DNA of 64,000 nt from Octopus vulgaris (GCA_951406725.2 OX597816.1:169508001-169572000); one strand, 5' to 3'. Positions 52,900 to 64,000 are shown, counted from the stretch's first letter. The notes: generated from the sequence alone by a model not told the origin. A program made the numbers and translations.

Positions 52900-55126
52900 G
52901 GTTGCTTCTGCGCATGTGCGAGTCAGTGTTGTGTTTGGCACTGAAGCGGTGAAGATGTGCTATTGAAGCCGTCTTGAATTGAAAACTTTGGAAGCCCCAT
53001 GTAAGGTAAGATTCTGTTTTCTGGGTCCAGTGGGAGTTTTTGTTGAGAATTGTTTTTTACAGGCAGGAAGTCCTACTGGATTCAGAATTCTGATTCTGCC
53101 GACATGTGGCAAATATATTTTTCTCGCTGAGAAAATTTTTGGGGGCGTATCCGTCTTCAATAAATTGAGTAAATATTTTTCTCACGTAATTGTGAGAATT
53201 GTATTGTGCTGTGAAGAACTTTTATGAATTGTGAAAACTACTACTTCGCAAGAAAATTATAAAAATAAGCCACTATTGGATTACCTTTCGGACCCATTTT
53301 TGTGGAGGTTGTGTTGCAGTTGCGGCGTTCCAGGTTCAACCCAGGCCGGGAGTACCGCAAGGCCAGAATATTTTTGCTGTGTTTTTTCTGTTTATTAACT
53401 TTCTTTTGAACTTCATTTAACCCCCCCTTTTGTTTTTTTCTTTATTGCGACTTTCCGTTGATTTCTTCCCTTCTGTTGTGCTTTCTCCTTTTTGTTTTTT
53501 CAAAAATCTATCAAATTTTATTTGGACTTTTGAACTTTTTTCTTCCTGCTTTTTGAGTTTAATTTGAATATATTTTAAAAAAAACATGGCAATGAAAAAT
53601 AACAAAATTTTGGAGTGGGAAATCATACCACCTAAAAAGTGGTTAAAAGACCGTGAAGATAGGACGGTGGTGTTGAGAACCTACACCAAGGCACTCGACA
53701 CCATCGCCCTATTCGAAAAGACGGCAATTGAGGAGGAGTTGGAAGAGTATTTGCCAACAATTAAATTCATTTCCAGGGGTGTCAAATATGCAACGGTGTG
53801 GTTGCTATTTGACACCCCTGAAGAGGCTTGCAAATTTGCTAGCAAACCCCTGGAGGGTAAGGAAATCTTATTCCTGCCCACGTACAAAAAAAAGAAATTG
53901 ATGAAAGCTTGGATTTGCGGATTGCCACCCGACATAGAACCCGAGTGGATAGAGGAGACTATCCGCCGGGGTCTGGGTGACAGCGAAACTAAGCTCCTCA
54001 ATGTAAAAGTTCTTCCTGCGGCTGCTTGGGTTGGGTCAAAAGCAATTTTGACCCTGTGGACCCAATCAGCCAATCTGGTTCTTCCAGATTTTTTGAAAAT
54101 GGCCGGGTGCAGGTACCCGGTGATGCTTGAGGGTCGCCCCCCTAAGTGTCATCGGTGCTTGGAGTCCGGCCACATAAAGAAGAACTGTCCTCGGGAACAA
54201 AATAGGATCCCGGAACAGTTAAGTAAAACCCCTCTAGAAGAGGGAACGATAACGGCCGAGAAAGCAGATGACTCCTCAAACAGAGGCCGAAAGAGGAAGG
54301 TGAGCAACAATGGGTGCTCACCAAAGGATAATAGGGATGAGGAGAGGAAGGCGAATCTTCCAGCCACGGAGGAGACGCACCCTCCCTCAGTTGAAAAGGG
54401 GAAAAAAAAAGAAAAAGCGAAAAAAAAACGGGACATTACCGGCTGTCAGTGTAGCACCGGAATGTCCCGGAACTACGTCGGTTGGGGTTGTGCCACCGAC
54501 AAGAGAAGGAATACCGTAGGCGGGAACTGTGCCGCCAACGAAAGAACTGAACGTATTGGTCCTCTTCTATAGAGGAGGAGAAATTGAAAAAGTGATGGAA
54601 GAGCACTACAAGGGAGCACCTTTAGCCTTCACACAGGACCCCGAATGGCCTCCGCAGGTAGCTGTGGAGGCCGTGGCGTTCGACGTGACGCTTGGGCTAA
54701 AGGAGCTCAATGAAGATTATAACTTGGTCCCGGGCGACGCGAACTCGGAACTTGATTACGTTCTGAGGGAGGCGTGGTTGATGGTGGAGGGCGCGGGCAC
54801 AAGCTATTTCGAGGACGATATGTATTATTAGTAATGGACTTAAGTCCAAAAATTGAAAAATTGTAAGAGGATTAATACCTCGTTTTGTATTAATAATGGA
54901 CTGCTAAGTCCAAAAATTGGAAAAATTGTAAGAGGTTTAATACCTCGTTTTGTGTTTATCTTTAAAAAGAACAATGTTTTAGAGAAGCGAAAGTCGGCGG
55001 GCGCTTTTTGTCTTCTCCCATCCTTATCATCTTTCTTTCATTATCATTCACCTCATTAATGTCCTCGTCCAGCCCGCAAAGCTAACTTAATCTGTGTACT
55101 GCCTTTATGGCAAATGTTTTGAAATA
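52900..55126 (+). mobile_element. ORF1-only (HAL1-like) non-autonomous Tx1/L1-type retroelement
   Basis: 15-bp TSD AAGTAGCTTGGTAAC (52885-52899, 55127-55141); ~690-bp 5' UTR, ORF1, ~300-bp 3' UTR ending GAAATAAA; no EN/RT. Confidence 0.85.
53586..54831 (+). pseudogene. LINE ORF1-like nucleic-acid-binding protein with CCHC zinc knuckle (328-aa open frame; ancestral ~415 aa)
   Basis: WICGLPPDIEPEWI..LPDFLKMAGCRYPVMLEGRPPKCHRCLESGHIKKNCP (CX2CX4HX4C); probable frameshift in A-runs ~54400-54428 and TAG at 54517 before the in-frame 54529-54831 segment. Confidence 0.85.
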
Positions 55127-55855
55127 AAGTAGCTTGGTAACCAACCACATGGTTCCGGGTTCAGTCCCACTGCGTGGCATCTTGGGCAAGTGTCTTCTGC
55201 TATAGCCCCGGGCCGACCAATGTCTTGTGAGTGGATTTGGTAGACGGAAACTGAAAGAAGCCTGTCGTATATATGTATATATATGTGTGTGTTTGTGTGT
55301 GTGTGTATGTCTGTGTTTGTCCCCCAAGCATTGCTTGACAACCGATGCTGGTGTGTTTACGTCCCCGTCACTTAGCGGTTCGGCAAAAGAGACCGATAGA
55401 ATAAGTACTGGGCTTACAAAGAATCAGTCCCGGGGTCGATTTGCTCGACTAAAGGCGGTGCTCCAGCATGGCCGCAGTCAAATGACTGAAACAAGTAAAA
55501 GAGTAAAGAGAGTGGGATAGAAACCAAACAAATGAGTTCGCAAAGCGAAATTCTAAACTACATAACCATGCCGGTTCACCCATAGTTTTGTATCGTCGTT
55601 GCAGTTGTGGCTGTTATTTACCGACGTTGAACTAACTTAGGGTAATATTCATTCATCAAACACATTAAATTACGTATGAGATGAAAAACAAATCCAGTCA
55701 GGAAGATCAGTTTTGATTAGAACTAGGAACGGCAGAAGCTTGTCTATCTTCTGATACTGCGTGCTCTCAGCTAATTTTTAAAAAAATGTCAACAATATAA
55801 CAATATTCTCCACAAAATATGTGAATATATAATTAAGTTGCGTGGAGATAATTAA

Positions 55856-56087
55856 AAGGCGGCGAGCTGGCAGAAACGTTAGCACGCCGGGCGAAATGCG
55901 TAGCCGTATTTTGTCTGTCGTTACGTTCCGAGTTCAAATTCCGCCGAGGTCGACTTTGCCTTTCATCCTTTAGGGGTCGATTAAATAAGTACCAGTTATG
56001 CACTGGGGTCGATATAGGCGACTTAATCCGTTTGTCTGTCCTTGTTTGTCCTCTCTGGGTTTAGCCCCTTGTGGGTAGTAAAGAAAT
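55856..56087 (+). mobile_element. SINE family B, full length with 16-bp flanking duplication
   Basis: AAGTTGCGTGGAGATA at 55835-55850 and 56095-56110. Confidence 0.9.
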
Positions 56088-56431
56088 TGTTTTAAAGTTG
56101 CGTGGAGATATCGCTAGAATGCCTATATAAAGTATACAAACATATAAACACACACACACACACATGTATGAGTGCAACACGTATACTAGCATATGCATAC
56201 ATACATACACTAGTTGCGCGCACACATACACACATATATGCCGTGACATGAAGCAAGCACCTAACTTCAAGGCAAATAGTCAGATTCTCAAACAATTTCA
56301 TTAGCATAATCATCTGAGGTACCCGTGTAATTAGATTCATTTACCATCGTATTTTGATTAATTTTTGTATGCATGTTGATTTGTATGTAAGACCGTTTAT
56401 CGCTCATGTGTGATATAATTAATGATAGGCG

Positions 56432-56754
56432 ACATACATACATACATACATACATACATACATACATACATACATACATACATACATACATACATACATA
56501 CACATACACACACATACATACATACACACATACATACATACACGTGCACACACATACATACATACACGTGCACACACATACATACATACATACATACACA
56601 CATACATACATACACATACACACACATACATACATACACACACATACATACATACACACACATAAACACATACACATACATACATACATACATACACATA
56701 CACACACACATACACACATACATACATGCATACATATATACACACACACATACA

Positions 56755-56786
<32 letters not shown>

Positions 56787-56827
56787 CATGTAAACGTACA
56801 TTCTAGAACACATTCATGCACATACTC

Positions 56828-56860
<33 letters not shown>

Positions 56861-56868
56861 TGTATGTA

Positions 56869-56903
<35 letters not shown>

Positions 56904-56910
56904 GTATGTA

Positions 56911-56941
<31 letters not shown>

Positions 56942-57292
56942 GTATGTATGTATGTATGTATGTATGTATGTATGTATGTGTGTATGTATGTATGTATGTG
57001 TGTATGTATGTATGTATGTATGTATGTATGTATGTATGCATGCATGCATGTATGTATGTATGTATGTATGTATGTATGTATGTATGTATGTGTGTATGTA
57101 TGTATGTATGTGTGTATGTATGTATGTATGTATGTATGTATGTATGTATGCATGCATGCATGTATGTATGTATGTATGTATGTATGTATGTATGTATGTA
57201 TGCATGCATGCATGCATGCATGCATGTATGTATGTATGCATGCATGCATGCATGCATGTATGTATGTATGTATGTATGTATGTATGTATGTA

Positions 57293-57324
<32 letters not shown>

Positions 57325-57667
57325 CATGCATGTATGTATGTATGTATGTATGTATGTATGTATGTATGTATGTATGTATGTATGTATGTATGTATGTATG
57401 TATGTATGTATGTATGTGTGTATGTATGTATGTATGTATGTATGTATGTGTGTGTAAGTATGTATGTATGTATGTATGTATGTATGTATGTATGTATGTA
57501 TGTATGTATGTATGTATGTGTGTATGTATGTGTGTATGTATGTATGTATGTATGTATGTATGTATGTGTGTGTAAGTATGTATGTATGTATGTATGTATG
57601 TATGTATGTATGTATGTATGTATGTGTGTATGTATGTATGTATGTATGTATGTATGTATGTATGTAT
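56432..57667. repeat. Long (CATA/CA)n followed by complementary (TATG/TG)n
   Basis: Direct tandem repeats, orientation switch near 56800-56830. Confidence 0.95.
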
Positions 57668-58199
57668 GATGTAAACATTTTCTTCACCACTGCCGACCCA
57701 CGTCCTCCCCCTGTTACAGTCGGAAATGGAATCAACAATGAAAGCAATCAATTCAGATTATAAGTCTGAAGATATTTGTGTGTGATAAAGAGTCAGGCTC
57801 TTTGATTGGCGTTAAACAGCTGTCAATAAACTAGACAACTGTATTTTCTTTTCCTTTATTTATCTATTTGTTTATTTTTATCCTGTCAAGCTTCTACATC
57901 AGTAACCTAAGGCCAGCTGTAGTCCAAGGCAAACTGACCATTGATGTTAAGATAAAAGAAAGCTTATGGTTTTTCGGTTTCATTGCAACTATTCTTTATA
58001 ATAAACATTGGGGCATATCTTTATGTCTGTTTGTGTTTTTTTTAATTTTTGTTGAAAATATATATATTTTAAAGAAAAAGGAGAAAGCTTGTAAAGAGGA
58101 TCGACTTATAAATTATAGTAGTTTGTCAACCAAAATATTTAATTTTCTATGTACCATATATATATATGTAACATGTGTGTTTCAATTTTTTCACTTCAA

Positions 58200-58360
58200 T
58201 TTTTATTGGCTCAAAAAGCAAAAGCAAGGCGATGTAGGGGGATAGGGAGTTATGTACACGGAGGATGGTCATACAAAAAGTTCAGGCCATTTCTGGTCAA
58301 GAGAGACTTTGAACCGAGCGGTCGTCGGCATCAAAAAAAAAAAAAAAAAGACACTCAGTG
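58200..58360 (-). mobile_element. Possible LINE 3' tail
   Basis: Minus strand ends CCTTGCTTTTGCTTTTTGAGCCAATAAAA; no ORF. Confidence 0.35.
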
Positions 58361-58370
58361 TGTATAATGT

Positions 58371-58545
58371 AAGGCGGTGGAACTGACAGAATCTTAATCA
58401 CGTTCTGAATTCAAATTCCGCCGCAGTCAACTTTGGCTTTCATCACTTCGGGGTCGATAAAATAAGTACCAGTTGATCACTTGGATCGAGGTAATCGACT
58501 TGCTCCCTTCCCCGAACTTGTTGGCCTTGTGTGAAAATTTAAAAC
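58371..58545 (+). mobile_element. SINE family B
   Basis: Family motifs. Confidence 0.8.
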
Positions 58546-58649
58546 TCGTATGCTTAATGTGTGTGTGTGTGTGATGTAGTATTATTTTGCTACAACAACT
58601 ACGACAAAAGTTCGCTAAATTTTGACGTTCAGGCTCTGCTAATATGGTA

Positions 58650-59045
58650 TACTCTTTTACTCTTTTACTTGTTTCAGTCATTTGACTGCGGCCATGCTGG
58701 AGCACCGCCTTTAATCGAGCAACTCAACCCCGGGACGTATTCTTTGTAAGCCCACTATTTATTCAATCGGTCTCTTTTGCCGAACAGCTAAGTAACGGGG
58801 ACATAAACACACCAGCATCGGTTGTCAAGCAATGCTAGGGGGACAAACACAGACATACAAACATATTTATATACATATATACGACAGGCTTCTTTCAGTT
58901 TCCGTCTACCAAATCCACTCACAAGGCTTTGGTCGGCTCGAGGCTACAGTAGAAGACACTTGCCCAAGGTGCCACGCAGTGGGACTGAACCCGGAACCAT
59001 GTGGTTGGTAAGCCAGCTACTTACCACACAGCTACTCCTGCGCCT
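58650..59045 (-). mobile_element. SINE family A, full length
   Basis: Complete copy. Confidence 0.92.
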
Positions 59046-59168
59046 ATATTGTAGTACGAACGTAAACACAGACATTAAACATGACTATTACGATGGAACT
59101 CTACAATGAAGTTATCACTTATTCAGAACAACACTATGATTTTGTTTTGTAAGTATTACCTCCATATT

Positions 59169-59481
59169 TTTTTTATTTATCCACCCTTTTCAAGCCTAGC
59201 CAGGCTGATGGGCCCGGTTTCCCGGTTTCTGTGGCGTATGTGTCATCCCACCAGCAGACGGGACGCCCGTCCATCGCAGCGTTACTCAAGAAACAAGAAG
59301 AAAGAGCGAGAGAAAGTTGGGCGAAAGAGTACAACAGGGGTCACCACCACCTCCTGCCGGACCTCGTGGAGCTTTAGGTGTTTTTCTCTCAATAAACACA
59401 CACAACGCCCGGTCTGGAAATCGGAACCGCGATCCTCCGACCGCGATTCTGCTGCCCTAACCACGGGACCATTGCGCTTCC
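59169..59481 (-). mobile_element. SINE family C variant (alternative tail) with 14-bp TSD
   Basis: ATTACCTCCATATT at 59155-59168 and 59482-59495. Confidence 0.88.
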
Positions 59482-59851
59482 ATTACCTCCATATTCGAAG
59501 TAATCAACTGTACAAATATCAGTTCTTTTAGTATTATTATTTTAAAACTATACTGTTCTTTTCACTGCAAGCGAAAATTACATTACCTAAAGCTTTCACC
59601 CCGCACAACAATCAAACGTACCAAACTAGTTTGGTTTTGCAGGTCGAATCTGAGCATAATGATTTCGCGGGCCGGACAGGTTACACTTATTCTTAGAATA
59701 CCTATTTGTAATGTAAGCCTAAATTAGTAAAAAAGGGGCCAATCTACATTATAACAACTTTTCAATAACCCCCCCCCCTAGAATATAAGGAATTGGAAAA
59801 TTGTGCGTGCAGAAATGTGTGGGTAAACCTAATCCTCGGGAAATACATGCG

Positions 59852-60240
59852 TGGCTGTGTGGTAAGTAGCTTGTTTACCAACCACATGGTTCCGGGTTCA
59901 GTTCCACTGCGTGGCACCTTGGGCAAATGTCTTCTGCTATAGCCTCGGGCCGACCAAAGCCTTGTGAGTGGATTTGGTAGACGGAAACTGAAAGAAGCCC
60001 GTCGCATGTATATATATATATGTGTGTGTGTGCATGTTTGTGTGTCTGTGTTTGTCCCCCTAGCATTGCTTGACAACCTATGCTGGTGTGTTCATGTCCC
60101 CGTTACTTAGCGGTTCGGCAAAAGAGACCGATAGAATAAGTACTGGGCTTACAAAAGAATAAGTCCCGGGGTCGAGTTGCTCGATTAAAGGCGGTGCTCC
60201 AGCATGGCCGCAGTCAAATAACTGAAACAAATAAAAGAGT
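59852..60240 (+). mobile_element. SINE family A
   Basis: Near-complete copy. Confidence 0.92.
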
Positions 60241-60589
60241 ATATCTATATATACACTGGTATGTATAACAATTATAGTAACGTGTATACGAACATGATAC
60301 AGCACCAACTGTAATACATCGTCGTACAGAAACATCTCAAAGCACAGAGTTTCACTCAAAGTGTCTGTAAAACGCTAGATATGTTGTTTCAGTCTAATTT
60401 GGTTTCCTCAGTGACGAATTCATCGGATTTCCTAAACTAACCTAAACAATTTTCGCTCTTATGTAGATACTGGTAAACAAAGCAGTTACTGATTTGTGCA
60501 AAAGCTAACCAGGCTAGAATTAAATCAATATATATATTATTGAAAGGTCCTAAATTATGCTATCGGTGTGTATAACAATTATAATAATC

Positions 60590-60798
60590 TTTTATCGTTT
60601 ACTTGTTTCAGTTATTTGACCGAGGCTATGTTGGGGATCGCGTTGACGGGTTATAGTCGAAGAAATAGACTGCGAAACATTTTTTAAAGTCTAATACTTA
60701 TCCTATACATGCCTTTATCCAAACCGCTAAGTTACGGAGACGTATACACACCAACACAGGTTGTCAAGTGGTGGTGAGGGGACAAACACACACACACA

Positions 60799-60861
<63 letters not shown>

Positions 60862-60990
60862 TTTCCGCCTACCGAATCCACTCACGCGGCTTTGGTTGGC
60901 CCGAAGCTATAGTCGAAGACACTGGCCCAAGGTGTCACGCAGCGGGAGTGAACCCGGAACCATGTAGTTGGGAAGCAAGCTCTTACCACT
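60590..60990 (-). mobile_element. SINE family A, diverged
   Basis: Family motifs. Confidence 0.8.
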
Positions 60991-61042
60991 GTTCAACATC
61001 TACAAACGTGGAACAGCATTAGCCGTGTATTTTATCACAAGA

Positions 61043-61428
61043 CTAGCAGTATCGCCCGGCGTTGCTCAGGTTTGTAAGGGAAATAACTATAAAGCATTTT
61101 TAGAGAGTTATAGCCAAAAAATAGCAAAAAAAATGGAAAAAAAATTATAGTAAATTTTTTTTTAGAGTTAAAAAAGGTCGAGTTGCGTCACCTAAACCAT
61201 CTGTGGTTTGTGTTTCTGATTCTCGACCCCATGTCGAATTTATCAATTTTTTTCAGAACTGGGGGAACTTTTCAAAATTTTCGCTGCGTTAGTTTTGAAT
61301 TATGACATTGGGCTATGTGTGTGTCAAGTTTCATCAGAATCGGTTGAAAGCCGTGGTCAGGGTGAGGGTACAAGCAAACAGACACACAGAAACACGCACA
61401 GACAAACTGCCGTTTATATATAGAGAGA
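61043..61428 (-). mobile_element. Non-autonomous Helitron with shared 3' end but different 5' body
   Basis: CTAG end and hairpin as at 8774; starts A|TCTCTCTATATATAAA. Confidence 0.82.
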
Positions 61429-61674
61429 TACCACCTCAAAGAAACTCAACTCTTTACATTGGATACTGCACAGATTACGGAAGCAAGATTCTGCTATCAA
61501 TAGTCATTCTGTGGGATGTGGTTATTTCAGCGACAGTAGTTATTATGTAGGGAAATCCTTTTCGTGTTCTGTGCCGTGATGACACTAAATGTTTTTGAGG
61601 GCGGCTCTACAAGCCACAGCCTTTGGAAGCAGAATCTTCCAAATGGTGTGTCGGTAGGATTTTAGTAAGAACAG

Positions 61675-61889
61675 GTTGAAATGTGGGTTGGAGACTGAGC
61701 GATGTCATTGGTGCCAAGCTGTATTAGCCTTTGCCTTTCCCTTACATAACATCGGTGGCGCGGAGAGGGGAGGTTGGTATGCATGGGCGACTGCTGGTCT
61801 TCCATAAACAACCTTGCTCGGACTTGTTCTTCGGAGGGGAACTTTCTAGGTGCAATCCCAGGTGATTCATGACCGAAGGAATTCTTTAC

Positions 61890-61893
<4 letters not shown>
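61675..61893 (+). mobile_element. SINE family D 3' part
   Basis: Tail shared with 10890-10960; runs into (TA)n. Confidence 0.65.
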
Positions 61894-61924
<31 letters not shown>

Positions 61925-62108
61925 TAAATAAATGGTACAACAAGGCACCGATATTTACTGGAAAATAGCAATCGTAATAAATACGACGCTATTGTATAGA
62001 TTCACTGCGTATATACTAGCAAAGACGCGTGTGTGCAACAAACATGAAAAAAATTGTCTTACCTCTAGGAAGAACATCTGAAAAATGGAAAACCTAGAAT
62101 AGGATAAT

Positions 62109-62175
62109 GCAGGACCGGTTTCAGACTCTTCAAATACGTTTGACAGCGTAGATTTGATTTGTCTTCATCAGCTAC
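62109..62175 (-). ncRNA. Type I hammerhead ribozyme motif with intact core
   Basis: GTAG CTGATGA AGAC..GTCT GAAA CCG GTC CTGC: stems I and II pair, palindromic stem III ACCGGT, GUC triplet. Confidence 0.8.
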
Positions 62176-62332
62176 ATATACCTAGACAATATTTCAAATG
62201 TTGCCACATCTATACCAGTACACTCGTCTGAACGCCAAAACGTTAACAGAACGATAACAGTGAAGAAGTTTCAATGTAAATAATAATGGTCAGCAAACTG
62301 AGGGTGACCGGTAAATTCCACCGCAGTAAATT

Positions 62333-62380
<48 letters not shown>

Positions 62381-62720
62381 ATCACTTAGGCATTGTGAGA
62401 CTAAATAACCTGGTGTAGAATTCAATATACATATGAATATTGAATACGATTAGCTGATGAACTTTATTAGTTTACAGCTATTTCTGCAATAAGATGCAGT
62501 GCACTCATAGTTGAGTACCCGAGTAACACCTTATTGTGTGTGGGTGTGTGACTGTGTGACTTCCGTGCAAAATCTTTTAAAAGCTCTAAAACATTTTCAA
62601 GGACTGGTAGGTGAATCGTTACATGGAATTAAATCTTTGCTACATCTAATCCGATTAGCATCCACCAGGATGCGGTATGAAAAGAAAGTGAGCGGTGTAT
62701 AACGAAATATGATCGACTGA

Positions 62721-63420
62721 TCAGCAAACTGAGGGTGACCGGGAAATTCCACCGCAGTAAATTCCACCACAGCAAATTCTAAAAACATAAAGTTGCAGAA
62801 TTTTAAAGTTACATAATTTTTTACTCAGTCAGAAAACAAGATTTGGAAGCTGTCATTTTGTGCGTGACAGCACGTGTTATCAACTGTAAACAAATGAAAT
62901 ATTGGCGGAATTCTGTTTTATGCACGACGGGAAATTTTTTGAATTTTTGAATTTTTTGTGAATTTTTCACTCTACACACGGGAATCCGTTTGATCATGCA
63001 AAAACTAAAACGAAAAAAAAGAAAAATTGATGTGTGTTATAAGGCCCTTTTAGCTGTTATTTTTAGCATATTTCACGGTCAACTCATGTCTCGTGTTTTA
63101 AGCATTTGGTAAGCGAAAAATGATAGCGTAACTTAATAGAACCACAAAGAGAGGTAAACAGCTTGGTAACAGCTTGGCTTGTTACTATGGAGACATGCAA
63201 CTATATGTCTGTGTCTTTCAATTACCTAAAATAACCCAACATTTGCAAACTTTAAAAGCTATTAACTCTTATTTATTGATTTAAGACGAAAATAAATTTC
63301 ATACCAATAATTACCATACAAAACTACACAAAGGACCCAATATGAAATCAATTGGAAGAAAAATTTTAAAAATTGAAAAGTGGCAGCCAAACAAGAAAAG
63401 CTCCACTATCGGGAAAAAAA
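62721..63420. mobile_element. Putative non-autonomous DNA transposon
   Basis: Starts with subterminal-type repeats (TAAATTCCACCGCAG); start duplicated at 62290-62335; other end not identified. Confidence 0.35.
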
Positions 63421-63600
63421 TACACATTACCATGGTGGAGATTCAGGATCTTTTATTTTGGCCTAGCCAGCCTCTTGTTACTCCAAGTTTCACTTGCAGG
63501 CACGCAAGATCTTCAGACTAATCGTGTCCTACAACTTGTCTTTCAGACCTTGTGTGCCTACAAGTGAAAACGCAAAGGAGCAAGAAGATATCTTGACACA

Positions 63601-63674
<74 letters not shown>

Positions 63675-64000
63675 CAATGGGTGAATGAATTATTCTATGT
63701 TCACCGTTAACATAGAAAATTCAATGAGCCGTTACCAGGGTAGCAAATTCACGTCAGAAACACGGTTGAAGCGACCTATCCAAAGGTAGAAACTTCGGGT
63801 TAATGTGCAGTAATTTATGTGTTATACATGAATAAATAAATAAATGGAGTTGAACGAAGATGTTAATAAAATTCTTTTACTTTATATATATATATATATA
63901 TATATATTCATACCTTCTTGTATGCGAGAATATAACACTTTGAGTATAATACAACATTTGAACATATATACAAAACATAAGAACCGTTGCGTCGGTGAAA

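Larger units (their letters stand above)
52863..55513 (+). mobile_element. SINE family A split by a 2.2-kb retroelement (head 52863-52899, remainder 55127-55513)
   Basis: Removing 52900-55141 restores a contiguous SINE A. Confidence 0.92.

Noticed and set aside
53310-53365. tRNA/U2-like stretch in the 5' UTR of the ORF1-only element (CCAGGTTCAACCC..GAGTACCGC)
   Set aside because: Similarity too short and patchy to support by eye.
56288-57763. Long ORFs (up to 487 aa) of HTYI/MYVC repeats, and similar YI, poly-I, poly-N ORFs elsewhere
   Set aside because: Stop-free translations of microsatellites, not genes.
62455-62495. CTGATGA on plus and GAAATAGCTGTA on minus
   Set aside because: The two half-motifs are on opposite strands; no complete hammerhead can be assembled.

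Overview
AT-rich, microsatellite-saturated eukaryotic DNA made almost entirely of interspersed repeats. The SINE content and the density of (TA)n/(TACA)n/(ATT)n suggest an octopus or other cephalopod genome (inference). No host protein-coding exon is convincingly supported. The window holds about five tRNA-derived SINE families (labelled A-E here) and decayed Tc1, DD37D/maT, mariner and Tigger transposases. It also holds RTE and Tx1/L1-type LINE fragments, non-autonomous Helitrons, a piggyBac-type MITE, and many short (TA)n-embedded Penelope-like elements with hammerhead-ribozyme motifs and fold-back palindromes. Best novelty candidate: a complete 2.2-kb ORF1-only (zinc-knuckle, no RT) retroelement with a 15-bp TSD at 52900-55126. 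It shares its 3' tail with a Tx1-type ORF2 fragment at 19200-20109, and both join the tRNA-like head of SINE A at the same nucleotide. This suggests a SINE-targeting LINE plus a HAL1-like non-autonomous partner. Coordinates were read by eye; repeat boundaries without TSDs are approximate.
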